Shown one piece after another: positions 12,934 to 25,671 of a DNA stretch of 64,000 nucleotides (position 1 is the first letter of the stretch; each line of letters opens with the position of its first letter). The notes under the pieces are model-generated. The model searched no databases. It saw nothing but the letters and a program-made list of their open reading frames with translations, and had not been told where the DNA came from. The stretch covers positions 17,732,001 to 17,796,000 of the forward strand of contig NC_042997.1 in NCBI RefSeq assembly GCF_006345805.1, given 5' to 3'. This DNA comes from Octopus sinensis (taxonomy: Eukaryota). The position numbers and the translations under genes were made by a program.

Positions 12934-13295
12934 GAGCAAAGATTGTTTACCAACAAAACATGGCAGTCCTGGTTTAGGACGAATGTTGCTGTAATTTAGC
13001 CCCAGGAGACATCGTCTCCAGCTGGCTATACAACATGATCTGTGTCCTTATATTTTTGAACAAGGGAATCTAGCTGAACAATTATTCTGTGCTGATAAAG
13101 TGAAATAACCCAGAAATCGCGATACACAGATATTGTTTTGAGCTGAGTGGGGTCGCTAGAATCCCTAGTTTGAAAATATAAGGACACAGATCATGTCATA
13201 TAGCCAGCTGGAGACAATGTCTCCTGGGGCTAAATTGCAGCAACATTCGTCCTAAACCAGGACTGCAATGTTATGTTGGCAAACAATCTTTACTC
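12934..13295. mobile_element. MITE-like element with 141-bp terminal inverted repeats
   Basis: Arms 12934-13074 and 13155-13295 are reverse complements with about 12 mismatches and an 80-bp spacer. TA follows the right end and TG precedes the left (possible decayed TA TSD). Confidence 0.85.
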
Positions 13296-13384
13296 TATAT
13301 AGGAAATAATGAAAAAGTGAAATAAAAATGGTTTTAGCTTTTTGCTGCAGTCTGTTCTATAAATATATGTAAAAACATATGTTT

Positions 13385-13385
13385 G

Positions 13386-13416
<31 letters not shown>

Positions 13417-13630
13417 CTGTGTGTGTATGTGTGAGCACATGTGCACTATGTGTATAGTTTCTAACTAGAAATAATCACACCTCAACAGTATGTCTAAAAA
13501 GTTTTAGAACTGGAAATAATTTTCTGTTTCTTTTCTCTCATACATTTTACTTTCTTTGTCACCCTCACTTGCTTTCTCTCCCCCCACCTCTCTCTCTCAT
13601 TCTGTATACATACATACATACATACATACA

Positions 13631-13664
<34 letters not shown>

Positions 13665-13733
13665 CATACATACATACATACATACATACATACATACACA
13701 CATACATACATACACACATACACACACACACAC

Positions 13734-13775
<42 letters not shown>

Positions 13776-13884
13776 TATATATATTATATTTATATGGATA
13801 TATGTATGTATGTGTGTATATATAAATATATATGTATATATATATATGTACACACACATATATATACATACATATATAAATATA

Positions 13885-13968
<84 letters not shown>

Positions 13969-14313
13969 CATATATGTGTGTGTGTGGGTTTGTATTTCTG
14001 TTTGTATATGTGTAGGAGTGTGTATGTAAGCTTCATTAAGTTTAGTGTCTGATACAGCTACAAACTGTTGAATTGAGAATATTGTACTGGCATGGACCTG
14101 AAAGTAATCTTGATGTTTTCTTTTGTTGATAATATCAACATGTTTCAACAAACCTTTGTTAAAGTGTATCCCAAACTTGACAGCTACTGTCATAGGAATC
14201 TTGATGCTCAAATCTTATGATCACAAAAAATTCTTGTCATAATGAGTGGCAGGCTTCTTTGTCACTGTGCAATTTCAACTCCTCGGTGTTTAAATGTCAA
14301 AATACTAACTTCT

Positions 14314-14363
<50 letters not shown>

Positions 14364-14604
14364 CTATATATGGAAGTATGTATGTATGTGTGTATATATA
14401 ATATATATATATATACACACACATACATACATACTTCCATATATAGATATATACACACATCATTGCATATGTGCGTGTGCATGTGTTCATATGTGTGTAT
14501 ATACATATATATCTATATCTATCTATCTATCTATCTGTCTATCTATATAAGTATTTATGCATGTATGTATATATGCATACATGTGTGCATATGTGTGTGT
14601 GTAT

Positions 14605-14649
<45 letters not shown>

Positions 14650-14744
14650 CATATATAATAGATTTATAGGTATATAGAGACAAATAAATTTCTATATGTA
14701 AATATATATTTGTGTGTATTTATTTATCTATAATAAATATACAG

Positions 14745-14796
<52 letters not shown>

Positions 14797-14840
14797 CAAC
14801 ATAGAGAGAGAGAGGGAGGGAGGGAGGATAAGAGAGAGAT
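13385..14840. repeat. Large compound microsatellite block (TG, TACA, TA, TCTA, GA)
   Basis: Visible directly; accounts for all ORFs between 13494 and 14677. Confidence 0.95.
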
Positions 14841-15025
14841 ACTTCATTTATGCAAGAGCCATTTTAGCTCTCTAAAAACACAATGTTGAACTGTGTCAAT
14901 GACCAGGATGAAATGATGCACCAAAAATTTTGATGCCTCACAAAATGAATAGAAAGTGAATATAACAGTCTGTGTGTGTGTATGCCTGTGTGATATGTTT
15001 ATATAGATGTGTGTATGTGTGTGTA

Positions 15026-15063
<38 letters not shown>

Positions 15064-15129
15064 AATGGAAGTAGTTTTGGGTGGAAAAGAGAGTTAACTG
15101 AGAAAGCTGGGGGATGTAGCATGTGCCTA

Positions 15130-15890
15130 TTCTGCTCTCAAGTGATAGAGGAATGATGGGTGTTAGATGATGAAATAAATGGGAGAAAGGATAACAGGGC
15201 AGAGGCCCTCATGGGCTAGCATTACCAGTGTGGCTTTAGGATATCAGTTTTGCTGTGGTGACCAGGTTTTCTTGAGTATAGCAAGGTACCTGATAGCTCA
15301 GTCCTTTGTCATCTCCTTTGTAAGGCTCAGCATCTTTATACTGGCCTTCAATACTTCATCCAACTGTCTTGGGTTTCCCTCTACCACAATTTCCTTCCAC
15401 TTTAAGTGATAGGTGTTTCTTCATGCAACTATCCTCATTCCTATGCATCACATGACTAAACCAGCACAATCTTTTTGTCTACAGACTGCATCCAATTCCT
15501 CTTATGCCAAACTTTTCTCTCAATACACTAGCACTAAGTCACACATGTACACTGACATTGCATATCCAGTGGAGCATATAAGCTTCATTACTCTCTAGCC
15601 TTCACATGCCCTCTGCATTCAGGATCCATGTTTCACTACCATGTAGCATTGCTGTTCATACACATGCATCGCACAATCTTTCTTTCATTTGGAGAGAGAA
15701 ACCTTTCTTTGCTAAAAGAGGTCAAAGCTCTCTGAACTCTCTCCATCTTATTCTTATTCTTGAAATTACACTTTCAGTAAATCCTCTTCAACTACTAAAT
15801 TAGGTAGCAGAAATTATCTACTACCTATAGAGAGCCTCTGAGGGCATTTGAGAAAACCAATTTCTCATGTGTCTGTATATTTTTATGATC
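15130..15890 (-). mobile_element. Decayed RTE LINE RT C-terminal fragment
   Basis: Similar to the 4260-4790 and 5400-5885 copies (cctcttatgcc...ctacc atgtagcattgctgttcatacacatgcatc...). Confidence 0.7.
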
Positions 15891-15929
15891 TTGTGCATAT
15901 ATATGTATAAATAAGTGTGTGTGTGTATA

Positions 15930-17165
15930 CAGGGTGCATAAGGTATTTGGGGACATACCTGTTATGGATCATTGCAGCATTTTTTGCTAACTCTGTATAA
16001 TCTTTGTTTTAGAAAATAATAATGGCAGCTTGCCCTCAGCTTACTCAAGAAATGAAGAGGCATACTGTTGTTGTGGTTATAAAGGCTGAGCATAATGATT
16101 TAGAAATATCCCGATTTTTAAAAGTTGCCAGATCTTTTGTCTACAAAGTTTGTAAGGAGCTAGAGACTGAAGATGGAAACATGTCACTAGTGTCAAAGCA
16201 TAAAAAATATTCTAAATGCTCTGAAATTGTCAGAACACCTGAAATTATCTAGCAAATTCAATAGACCATTGATTACAATCCAAGAAAGTCCATGAGGTCA
16301 CTTGCAAGAGATCTCCATGTGTCAAAAGGAACAGTCAGAAATGCCCACGAAGACATCAGGTATAAGTCTTATATGATGAGGAAAGGTCAATTTGTTAGAA
16401 AAAGCAAAAGAAAATCACTACATCAGATCTAAAAGACTCTTAAACAAACTGAAAAATCCACCAGAAGATTTGATTTGGTTTTCCCTCAAATGAGAAAAAC
16501 TTCGACCAAGATCAAAAAGTTAACTGAAGAAATGACAGATGGTTATATGCAGAGCCTTCTGAAGTTCCAAGTGTTATGCATGCAAAATTTCCTACAACTG
16601 CCATGGATTTAGGGGTTGTCAGCAACGAAGGACATGTGATGTCTCCTTACTTCTTTCCAATAGGCCTTAGATTTTATTCTACTGCCTATATCGAGGTCCT
16701 GGATAGACAATGTAATTGTTAAACCCTGGATAGACAGTGTATGAAATGGCAGGCCACATGGCTCTAGTAACACAGGCATGGATGGCTGAAAATTTTCCTG
16801 ATCACATAACCCTTAACATTTGGCCTCCTAATTCCCTAGGTCTCAATCCATTGGACTATTACAAGTGGAGTGTTGTTGAGAGAGAGAGGTCAATGAACAT
16901 GCCCATAACACCAAAGATTCTTTGAAATCTGCTATAGTCAGAGTAATGTTCAAAATGAACCAGGACCACTTGATTTGAGCATGTAGATGATTTAAATCTC
17001 ATACAGAAGTAGTTGTTGAAACTGAAGGTGGTTTTATTGAATAACATTATAGAAAAGAAGGTTTATTTTTATCCTCATACCATTTTCTGATAAAGTTAGT
17101 ATCTGTTATTATATATCTCTTTTTTTATAAACATAAATCTGTCCTCAAATATCTTATGCACCCTG
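15930..17165 (+). mobile_element. Tc1/mariner DNA transposon, maT/DD37D-like, degenerate
   Basis: 26-bp TIRs cagggtgcataaggtatttggggaca / tgtcctcaaatatcttatgcaccctg (2 mismatches), TA at 15928-15929. Fragments: HTH ORF 16022..16252 (VRTPEII), SNEKNF, RWLYAEPSEVP...GVVSNEGHVMSPYFF, and WPPNSLGLNPLDY. The QQD region is deleted, so D-D spacing cannot be counted. Confidence 0.85.
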
Positions 17166-17219
<54 letters not shown>

Positions 17220-17510
17220 TTAACGTCCATTTTCTATGCTAGCATGGGTTGGACGGTTTGACTGGATCTGGGAAGCCAGGAGGCTGCACCAGGCTCCAAT
17301 CTGATCTGGAAATTGTTTCTACAGCTGGATACACTTCCTAATGCAAACCATTCCGAGAGTGTAGTGAGTGCATTTTACATGCCATCAGCACAGGGGCCAG
17401 GCCAGGGGTACTGGCATCGGTCACGTTTGGATGGTGCTTTTTACATGCCACCAGCACAAGAGCCAGTCAGCGGGTACTGGCATCAACCACATTCAGTTGG
17501 TGCTTTTTAC
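17166..17510 (-). mobile_element. RTE 3' end with (GAT)n tail
   Basis: (CAT)n at 17166-17218, then tttaacgtccattttctatgctagcatgggttggacgg... Confidence 0.8.
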
Positions 17511-19599
17511 TGAGAGAACAACAAGATGGGAGACAGACACAGAGGATCCCTAATTCTTCATCAGTTATCAACCAAAATGGTAATACTCAGTTTCGCACCA
17601 TTAATGATAAGACTGGGAACTTCCCATATTGTTGGTGCCTGCGAAAATTGCAGAGAATGTCAAGCCACAAGCAAACAAAACATCACAGAATGGATATACA
17701 AAAGTTAAAAAAACTATAATTAAGATAGATGATGGACAAAGACGAAATAAATAGGAAACGAGCAAAATACAGCCTTTGGGCCAAAACAACAAAAATGATG
17801 AGTAATAGTTAAAAGAAATCCTAAAGGATATGGAAATAGCAAGAGGAAAAACTTTTTGTGACTGAATAGCTGGGCAGCTGGTGTGAAAAAGGAAGAGAAT
17901 GAAGAAAAGCTGGCCATGGGTCATGTGTTAGCATGTGTTAGAGGAGAAAGGGGGAGAGTGTGGCAGAGAGAAAATAAAGAGAAAATAACAGAAGATATGA
18001 AAGGGAAAAGGATAAGAAGAAAGGCTACAAATACGAGTGAGAGGGCAAGAGAGAGAAAAATAGGGGAAAATGGACATATATAATATGTATGTATATGCAT
18101 ATAAGAAACACAGAGATTTGAAGCATCAAACAGATCTCAAATTAAGCTCTCTTCAAAGTGTGTAGCTAACAAGAATGACTGTAATTGATGTTAGGATTAA
18201 CCTTCACATTGTTTTGAAAATCCAGGAGATACAATAGAAGAAAATGCATACAAATAAAACATATAAGAGAAGTGAGGTGATTGAATAGATGTTTATTCCA
18301 TTAGTTTACAACTGTTTCATAATCTTGGTAGTTATATTAATAGATATTATATCAACATTAATATGCATATAAAGTATACATATAAATCTTATATATATAT
18401 ATATATATAACATAATAACTGTATTATAATATATCATAATGATATATATAATCCGATTTAAAGCGACATTTATCTTATTGACTGATAAATGATGAGCTAA
18501 CCCAGGTCAGAATCAAACCCACAAATCAATGCTTACATGGCACTGGCTTGGGTGCATCTTACATGACAGTAGCACAGGCTTTTTCTTTGACAGCAGCACA
18601 GGTGCTTTTTACACAACACTGACACCTACGAGCCTGCAGGATGGGGATCTCCTGGCTGACAGAGGGATATGCCTGTATGTTTAGATGGCCCCGATTTTAC
18701 TTGGCTTCAGATGTCTTCTCTAGCACAGGGAATCACTAGAATTCTCAGTTCCTTGTCATCTCCTCAGTTAGGCCTAGCATCTGAAGATCCTTTGTCATCA
18801 CTTTCTTCCATGTCTCCCTAAGTCTAGCCCTTCCACTTTTTGCCTCCCCCAATTAGAGACTGGTACTTCTTTATGCAGCTTTCCTCATCCTTACACATCA
18901 AATAACCATAATAGCACAGTCTTCTTTCTTGCATACTATATCTGAAGCCTCTTATACCCAAATTTTCCCTCAATTCACTGGATTGTTAGACAGCATATCA
19001 GAGAGAGAAGTGAGATATTGTGAGAGAGGAGTATGTAAGGATGAGTAATGTGAGAGTATGTAGTGAGTCTGAAAAGAAAGAGACTTGGAAGTGATACAAT
19101 AAAAGATTACTAAATGTGAAGAATGCATGAGAGAAAGTGAACTGTTAGACCTTATGAGTGCTGGTGCTATGAGAAGAGCTCTTAGTACATTCTGCCAAGT
19201 AGTTGACATTAGGAAGGATATCCAGTTGTACAAATTTTGCCAAAACAGTTGGAAATTTTGGTAAAGCAGATGCCAACTCAGCTTTTAGGCTAGTTGCATT
19301 CTGTTAGACAATTTAATCCATGCTAGGACATATGGACATTAAATGATGATGATTTATGACATATGATACACACACACACACACACACACATATATCATCA
19401 TCATCATCATCATCATTTAGTGTCCGCTTTCCATGCTAGCATGGGTTGGACGGTTCAACTGAGGTCTCTGAAGCCAGAAGGCTGCATCAGGCCCAGTCTG
19501 ATCTGGCAGTGTTTCTATGGCTGGATGCCCTACACACATATATGCAGGAAATAAATAGAAACCTTTAATTTTCAAAATCTTTTATTTAATACACAAAGT

Positions 19600-20660
19600 G
19601 AACTAGTGAAATGTAATCGATAGGTAGGACTACATACTTTAGTATTTAGTTGACATTCTCTTTGCAATTTTTAATTCAGAAACTCTTTTTGGCATTGTGA
19701 TTGTCTGTTGTGGAATTTCTACCCACTTTTCACACAACAATTGAAAAAATTCATCTTTAGGTGTAGGTTTCTGTTGAGTTTTAAGTATACCTCAATCTAG
19801 TATGCTCCAATTTTCAATTTGGTTCATGTCAGAAGATTGGCTCACCCAAGGAAGCATTTTGATCCTATTTTCAGCCAGCCATTGTTGATTCCTTTTTGCT
19901 GTGTGGCATGGAGCCCCATCTTCCATGAATAAAAACTCATTTTTCATTATGTTATCATGTGAATACATCGGAAGTAGTCCTTACTTAAGTATTTTGATGT
20001 ATATTTCAGAGTTTATGGTTCCAACACATTCGATCAGCTCAGAACGACCATCACTGGTGACAGCTCTCCATACCATTACAGAGATACCACCATGCTTCAC
20101 AGTTGGTTGGAGTCGTTTCAAAATAAATTCTTGATTGGGAAGCCTCCAGACCCAAACACATCCACAGTCTGAAAATAATGCAAATCTGGATTCATCTGAG
20201 AAAATCACTTTATCCCAAAATGAACTGGATTTTTCTGACATCTCCTTAGCCCATTTCTTTGTTTCATGATATTAATTGTTGAAGGAGAGGTTTTCTTCTA
20301 GCTGCTCGTCCATAATACCCAAGCTTATGTGGATATGTAACACATGTTCTTGGACTAACTTGTAGCTGTTTTGCAATGTCAGAAGCCTTCGAATGGGATT
20401 CATTTTCTGCAATTCTCTTCAAACAGCAAAGCTTCCTTTCCAAGGGCCCAGGTCAGCTGGGACAAGAATCTGTTGATTCTTTTCCTTGGCTTTTGAATTG
20501 CACTATAATTCTATTAACAGTAGTAAGAGTAATTTGAAGATTTTCAGCAATTTTTAGCTGGCTAAGACCAGCCTCAGATTGCCCAACAATACAATCTCTT
20601 TGAAAAACTCAGTTGTGCTGAATTTTTGTGCGTGGCATGGTTACTCTTCACAAATGTTTA
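19600..20660 (-). mobile_element. Tc1-family DD34E transposase pseudogene
   Basis: FSDESRF (D at 20194-20196), EDGAPCH (D at 19918-19920) and NQIEN (E at 19813-19815) give exactly 34 residues between D and E. In-frame TAA at 19981-19983; N-terminus MPRTK at 20638 is disrupted. TIRs not confidently found. Confidence 0.9.
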
Positions 20661-20769
20661 ATATAATGGCACCTGAAATGAAAAAGAATAATTACAATGT
20701 AAATTCTACACTGCTGAAAACATATTAAGATGCCTAGATCAGAAATTTTGTATGTGTGCAGGCCTGTGT

Positions 20770-21135
20770 GTATGTGTGTACACCAGTGTTGCATACCTGA
20801 CACCCGTGGCAGTGGAACACAAAAAGCACTCTTCGAATTTTGGGCATCACATAGACTGTGACAAATGACCGAGACCTTTGCAATATACTGTGCTTGAGAA
20901 GACCTATCAAGCCAAGTGAGATTGTAATCATGGCTGATACCGGTGTCTTGTAACTAGCACCCGTGCTGGTAGTAAAAGCACTACTTGGAGTGGTTGGTGT
21001 TAGGAAAGGCATCCAGCTGTAGAAACCATGCCAAGTCCGATTGAAGCCTGATGCAACTCCCCAGCTTACCAGTTTCCAGTCAGACTGTCCTTGCCAGCAT
21101 AGAAAATGGATGTTAAATGATGATGTTGATGATAA
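20770..21135 (+). mobile_element. RTE 3' fragment with (GAT)n tail
   Basis: aaatgaccgagacctttgcaatatactgtgcttgagaagacc...aggaaaggcatccagctgtagaaacc...gttaaatgatgatg. Confidence 0.75.
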
Positions 21136-22649
21136 TATAAATATATGTTGTAATGTGATTCAAAGTGAAATGGTACTGTATAATTTTAACAAATATTAAA
21201 CTTGTGCTATATTAATTCTCCATTTTTTACTTTGACTTATGTGTATACAAACATACATCTATACACACTCATATGTGTGCATGTGTGTGTGTCTGTGTTT
21301 GTGACAAAGAAAATATGTTTATACATTACCGATTAGATTTCATCATTAAACACAGTTTGGACTTGTTCAACTTCCACTAAATTCTTTTTATTATCTCCAT
21401 TATAGCTGTTTTATCTGCCCTGAATGTTAAAGGTTATGACAAGCCAATGTCTTTTATACAAATTAAGAAGGATTTAACAATATTTACTCACTTTAAAATA
21501 TACATTATAACAGTATATTGTAGTGTTGCCATACATAATGGAGTATATAACATGTTGTGAACTATACTTTTACAACAATATTTCTGTCACTTTAAAAGAT
21601 ATTTTATGAAGAATATTATAAGGTTTTCTAAAATAAATGATATACTGCTGTTCATTTCTTTTCACACATTGAAAAGTTCTAAAGACTCTCATAATGTATT
21701 TTATGTAGTAAAGCAGGAGTAACTGACTTAATATATAGAGCCCAAAAACTGTTACAGTCAATTAAAATTTCATATTGAAGAGAGAAAAATCATAAGCTTT
21801 AATAATTAATTCTGGTCAAGAAAAGTAAAGAGACTACTAAAGAGTTCACATTGATAAGAAATAAGTTGTTGGAGATGCCAAAGGAAGTGGATTTGATCTT
21901 TTAGTTTATAACTAGTATGTGTTAAAGAGATAGAATGGTTAATTAAATTGGTGCATTGCTCTAGAATTAAATGGACAAAAGCTGAGTCTTCTAGGCATGT
22001 ACTGGATTATATTAGATAGATATGATGTCAAAAATGAACACAGTAGTTGATGAAAGTAGCAGTTGAGCATCAACACTAAAATTGCTGAGGTGCAATACAA
22101 TATACATGGTATAAAGCAATGTTTCTTTTATGGTAGATGATAGAGATATGTTTAGACACAATGAACACAGTACAGAATGAGCCAAAAAAAAAATTACTAT
22201 TGAAATTAAATTAGATGATTTATAAATACAAATCCATGATAATGTGCATGAAACACCCTTGGGACTGAAAGGGACTGAGGCCAGATAACTGTCATAATCC
22301 ATATGACCATGCTCACCCTTGTACCAGAGTAACCATACACATACTTTCCCACTCAAATTAGTGCACATATAAAGTCAGTGTGTCACTGGGAAAATCTTAA
22401 CTGTTTTACTTTATCATATGCTACTAATATTAGTATTCTGTATGTCTTTTGGAATTCACAATAGCATTGGGAATTTCAGATATGAAAATTTTTTTAATGA
22501 AATAAAGTAAAACATAAATGGATTTTATATAGCTTTGAGTAATAGAAATATCAGTGACCTCATGTGACAGCTGAGAGATATATAAGCAATGTACTGACAC
22601 TTTATGGGTACTAATTTGAGGAGAAAGGGTGTGGCTTGTTGCTTTGGTG

Positions 22650-23138
22650 CAAGGATTAGATAATCATGTGGATTAGAACAGATACATAGTTTGAGTGCTC
22701 TGTGTTTTACAACTAGGACAACAACTAGTCATGTATATGTAATCGATCAACATCAATGGAAATTGCAGCCGTGATACCAGTGCCGGTGGTATATAAGAGA
22801 ACCATCCGAAAGTGGCCGTTGCTAGCGCTGCCCTGACTGGCCTCATGCTGGTGGCACATAAAAAGCACCATCCGATTGTGGCTGTTGCCAGCCTCGCCTG
22901 GCCCCCGTGCCGGTGGCACGTAAAAAGCACCATCCGATCATGGCCGTTTGCCAGCCTCGTCTGGCACCTGTGCCGGTGGCATGTAAAAAGCACCCACTAC
23001 ACTCACGGAGTGGTTGGCGTTAGGAAGGGCATCCAGCTGTAGAAACATTGCCAGATCAGACTAGGCCTGGTGCAGCCTTCTGGCTTCCCAGACCCCAGTT
23101 GAAAACGCTAAACGAAGATGATGATGATGATGATGATG

Positions 23139-23140
<2 letters not shown>
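22650..23140 (+). mobile_element. Young RTE 3' UTR copy with tandem units of about 60 bp and (GAT)n tail
   Basis: CpG-retaining repeats aaaagcaccatccgat..tggccgttgccagcctcg...gtgccggtggcacgt, three to four times, then the conserved end and GAT tail. Confidence 0.8.
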
Positions 23141-23172
<32 letters not shown>

Positions 23173-23587
23173 ATAAATACATGCACACACTCACATATGC
23201 ACATATACATATGAGACAATATTTTGTAAATAAACTTTGGAAGCATTGAATGTGTTTCATATTTTACAGACAAGATAAGGGTAAAATACCCGATCTTTCT
23301 GCTGTTTTTGCAGTTATACCACATTCGAAATGTACTTTCTTGCATGTAATATATATATTATGTTATACTGACAACTACCTCATATGTTTCATAAATAATT
23401 TGTTGGTCACTTGGTGCTACTAGTATAGGCTGCTTAATTGATGATATATAACAGTAATAGTAACAATCCAAAATCTGCCATTGATGTTTAGATCTATCAC
23501 ATTAGCTTGTCCCACTATTAAAGGGACCACTACATGTTCACTCTACAGCTTTTTGAATATGCTGAAGATGAGACCATGAAGTTTTAG

Positions 23588-23661
23588 AAATGATGATGGC
23601 TATGGATTTGGGAACTTTACTATACCAAGAAAATGGAAGGAACTTGAAATAAAATATGAAC
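23588..23661 (+). CDS. Candidate exon C (NDDGYGFGNFTIPRKWKELEIKYE, phase 2-1)
   Basis: Acceptor gttttag, strong donor AAC|gtatgt, single open frame. An alternative stronger acceptor lies at 23548 (see findings). Confidence 0.45.
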
Positions 23662-25159
23662 GTATGTAAAATACTAATCTAGAACATATATCTATATATA
23701 TGTGTGTAGTTGTGTGTGTGCATGTTTGAATATATATATACTCATAAACATGTGTGTATGCATAGAAATATAATGATGTATGTATACATAAATAAATATA
23801 TTTATGTATAGATGTACATATATATAATATATATATATATTATATATATATATATATATATATGTGTAGACTTGGAAACTATATATGTATATGTATGTGC
23901 ATAAATATACGTTTATAAGTGGTGTATATAGTATATGTATGCATTTAATTGTATAAGTGTGTGGTGGTGGTGGAGGTTTACATGTATGTGTTTGTGGGAA
24001 TTTAACACCTAACTTTGATTTGAAATTATCAAAGTTGCTCACAATCTCATCCTTCCGTTTTCAATCACATCAGGGTGGCTTTGAATATTCATTTCTCCTT
24101 CTACAACCATAGCTCTAGGCAGAGTGAGCAAATAATTCCTGCTGTTCTGTCCAGCATAAGACACATAAAACTTCAAAAGACATAAAGGATATGTGACAAA
24201 ATATTATTCTCTTCAATTTTTTTTTTTTAGTATCAAAAAAAAAAAAGAAGAAAAAAACTGAAAGATTGCTATTCATGGCTTCTGTCTGATTTTATTTTTT
24301 CTTATGTTTCTTTTTCTTTTCTAAAGATATCTGAAGTAATAAAATGATTTCTTTTGAAATTTTGGTTCGTTTCAATAGGAAATGTATATTTCTTTATATA
24401 TTTTATTCATATATATTATGTAGACAAATATCTATCTACTACTGAAATAGAAATGAATCTAAGATGCTCTCTCACATCTTGTTTATTATCAATACCTTTT
24501 CATATTAGTTAGAAAAGAAATACATTCTACTCATATTGAAGGTGGAGTCCTGGCGTGTTACATTTATCTTCCTAACACGTATACACACACACACACACAC
24601 ACACACACATGCACACACACACAGAGAAAAACATGCACACATATCTCTGTATGTGTGTGAGTGTGTGTGTATGTGTGTCAATACAAATATCTTAATAAAT
24701 GTATGTATATATATATATATATATATATGCATACACACAATTAAACACACACACACACACACATAACTCTATATGTGTGTCTGCGTGTGTATTTATGTCA
24801 ATATATATCTTAATAAATACATATATACATACACACACTCACACACACACATGTCCACACACACACACATACAAACACACACATGTCTCTAAATGTGTGT
24901 GAGTGATTGTGTATGTGTGTCAATATATGTCTTAATAAATACATATATCCATCCACACATTCAATCACACACACACACGCACATGTGTGTGTATGTCTAC
25001 AATCATATTAAATAGGTCAGGCTGAAATTAATTAACTGGAGGTGCACAAAGAAGCATTGAATGAGATATGTGTGTACAATATATTTAACATGGTCATGAC
25101 ACTCTGATGTGAAAAGATCTTTCACTGCAGAATTTGTCTCAAGAGAAATTCTTCAACAT

Positions 25160-25590
25160 GTAGAGTATCTTTTCCTTTTATCTTCTACTTGTTTCAATCA
25201 TTAGACTGTGGTCATACAGGGGTACTGCCTTGAAGAAATTTAGCTCAATAAATTGAACCACTGTACTTATATTTTTATTTAATCCTAGTACTTATTCTAT
25301 TGGTCTTTCTTGGTGAGACTGCTGGGTTACAGGGAGGTAAAAGCATTCTAACACCAATGGTCAAGCAGTGGTGGGGGACAAACACACACACACAAAAACG
25401 CACAAACACACAAACACACACACACACCACACACACACACACACACATGATGGGATTCTTTCAGTTTCTATCTGCCAAATCCTCTCAAAAGGCTTTGACC
25501 AGGGGGAGGCTAAGGTAGAAGGCACTTGTCCAAGGTGCCACACAGACTGAAAAAAGGATGCAAGTGGTTTGGAAGCAAACATTACCCATA
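25160..25590 (-). mobile_element. tRNA-derived SINE (reverse orientation)
   Basis: Reverse complement of the head (ggcacttgtccaaggtgccacacag...gtggtttggaagcaaac) and tail (cttgtttcaatcattagactgtggtcat) of the 12515/27636 family. Confidence 0.7.
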
Positions 25591-25671
25591 CAGCTGATCC
25601 TGTGCCTATATCATTGGGATATGAATGACATCCTTGCTGGATCATAAGACGCATTTTTCTGTTATATATAT

